Notes under the pieces: model-generated | Told to the model about the DNA's origin: nothing | The model's input: the letters and a program-made list of their open reading frames with translations, nothing else | Database searches by the model: none | In this document: positions 63,202 to 64,000 of the stretch, piece by piece | Layout of the letters: each line of letters starts with the position of its first letter | How positions within the stretch are numbered: the stretch's first letter is position 1 | NCBI GenBank assembly: GCA_009773755.1 | Contig: WSZJ01000008.1 | Coordinates: forward strand, 9,160 to 73,159 | Source: Planctomycetota bacterium | Lineage (GTDB): Bacteria > Planctomycetota > MHYJ01 > WSZJ01 | DNA: 64,000 nt | Direction: 5' to 3' | Made by a program: the position numbers and the translations under genes

Positions 63202-64000
63202 CTATTTCGACTTCCCCTCGGCCCCGCCTTGATCCGCGCCGTTGCCTTTCCCTTTCCCTTTCCCTTGCCCTTTCCCGCCCGCCTCTTTCTTCTCCGTCTC
63301 GATTCTGGGAAACAGGACCGCCCCCTCCCTGACTTTATGCCCCGCCGGCAGCGCCTCCCACTTCCCCGGCAGCCGCTCCGGTTTCGCCGGCAATCCGAGT
63401 TGCTCCCGGATTTTCTCCGCTGTCGAGGGCAGGAACGGGTGCAGAAGCGCCGAAATCCGCCCGATCGCCGTCGCCAGGTTCGTCATCACGGCCGCCACGC
63501 GCCCGGCCTTCCCCAGCTTGTTCAGCGCCCAGGGCTGGCTTTCCTCGATGTACGAATTCGAGCGGCGGACCGCATCCCAGATCCTCGTCAGCGCGCCGCT
63601 CAGGTCCTGCTTATCCATCAGCGCCGCAACCTCGTTCGAACACGCTTCCATGTGCGCCACCAGATCCGCGTCGGTCCCGCCCGGCTCCGTCGTCGCGGGC
63701 ACGGCCCCGCCGCAGTACGTGTTCACCATCTTCAGCGTGCGGTGCAGCAGGTTTCCGATGTCGTTCGCGAGATCCGCGTTGTAGCGCGCGATGAACGAAT
63801 TCCACGTGAAGTCCCCGTCGCGGTCCCACGCGATCTCGCGCAGCAGGAAATACCGGAGCGCGTCCGCCCCGTGCGGCTCGATGACGTCGAACGGATCCAG
63901 CAGGTGCCCCGTCGACTTCGACATCTTTTCGCCCTCGTAGTGCACCCAGCCGTGCCCCCAGACCTGTCTGGGAAGCGGAACTCCGGCGGACAGGAGCATT
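63202..64000 (-). CDS. metG: Methionine--tRNA ligase, 5'-partial in this window (N-terminus lies beyond nt 64000)
   Basis: The KMSKS motif and anticodon-binding helices (NDIGNLLHRT..., QPWAL) are present. The normal end LFPRIE is followed by a repeat-encoded tail TEKKEAGGKGQGKGKGKGNGADQGGAEGKSK. Confidence 0.9.
   Translation of the reverse strand, partial: MLLSAGVPLPRQVWGHGWVHYEGEKMSKSTGHLLDPFDVIEPHGADALRYFLLREIAWDRDGDFTWNSFIARYNADLANDIGNLLHRTLKMVNTYCGGAVPATTEPGGTDADLVAHMEACSNEVAALMDKQDLSGALTRIWDAVRRSNSYIEESQPWALNKLGKAGRVAAVMTNLATAIGRISALLHPFLPSTAEKIREQLGLPAKPERLPGKWEALPAGHKVREGAVLFPRIETEKKEAGGKGQGKGKGKGNGADQGGAEGKSK
63244..63279. repeat. CCCTTT-type hexamer tract inside the 3' end of metG
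   Basis: The sequence is GCCTTTCCCTTTCCCTTTCCCTTGCCCTTTCCCGCC. It is translated on the minus strand as GKGQGKGKGKG. Confidence 0.85.

Noticed and set aside
12022-63279. Possibility that the tandem-oligomer tracts are CRISPR arrays
   Set aside because: The units are only 6-9 nt and directly abut each other with no unique spacers. There is no 24-48 nt repeat periodicity and no cas genes in the window.
1-64000. Mobile-element genes (transposase, integrase, recombinase) or phage or defence-system genes near the repeat-bounded cassettes
   Set aside because: No ORF with DDE, tyrosine/serine recombinase, HNH, restriction-modification, toxin-antitoxin or Cas-like motifs was recognisable. The only nuclease-fold candidate is the frameshifted GxxExxY gene.

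Overview
GC-rich bacterial chromosomal window, roughly two-thirds G+C by eye, densely coding with about 60 supportable CDS. All protein calls come from motif recognition in the supplied ORF translations, because no database search was possible. Most content is housekeeping or metabolic. This includes thiamine genes (a partial Thi4 at the left edge and thiS-thiG), nucleotide-sugar genes (UDP-glucuronate decarboxylase, galE, an RmlA-like nucleotidyltransferase, two GT4 glycosyltransferases) and a squalene hpnC-hpnD-hpnE operon. It also includes lpxD, lysS, metG (partial), rpsU, mgtE, recQ, a LolDE-like ABC pair, a Tat-exported xanthine-dehydrogenase-family trio, acyl-CoA dehydrogenase and a peroxiredoxin. 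Signalling proteins present are DUF4388/TPR, PAS-GGDEF, an RsbW-like kinase, a Ser/Thr kinase and an FHA protein. I recognised no rRNA, tRNA, CRISPR array, transposase or integrase. Three things stand out. (1) A recurrent set of locus-specific tandem-oligomer tracts (6-9 nt units) is arranged as long inverted repeats. Three of these bracket a complete gene, three enclose short spacers, and three are solo arms, some of which are translated as low-complexity protein tails. (2) An ~820-aa fusion protein (PqqD-like domain, radical SAM/SPASM-like domain, ArsM-like methyltransferase, Cys-rich tail) is translationally coupled to a divergent PiT-family permease. This is a candidate organo-arsenical or other metalloid/peptide modification module. 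(3) Two genes appear broken: hpnD by an internal out-of-frame deletion and a GxxExxY gene by a 1-nt frameshift. Start codons are often uncertain because the ORF track renders GTG/TTG starts as M.
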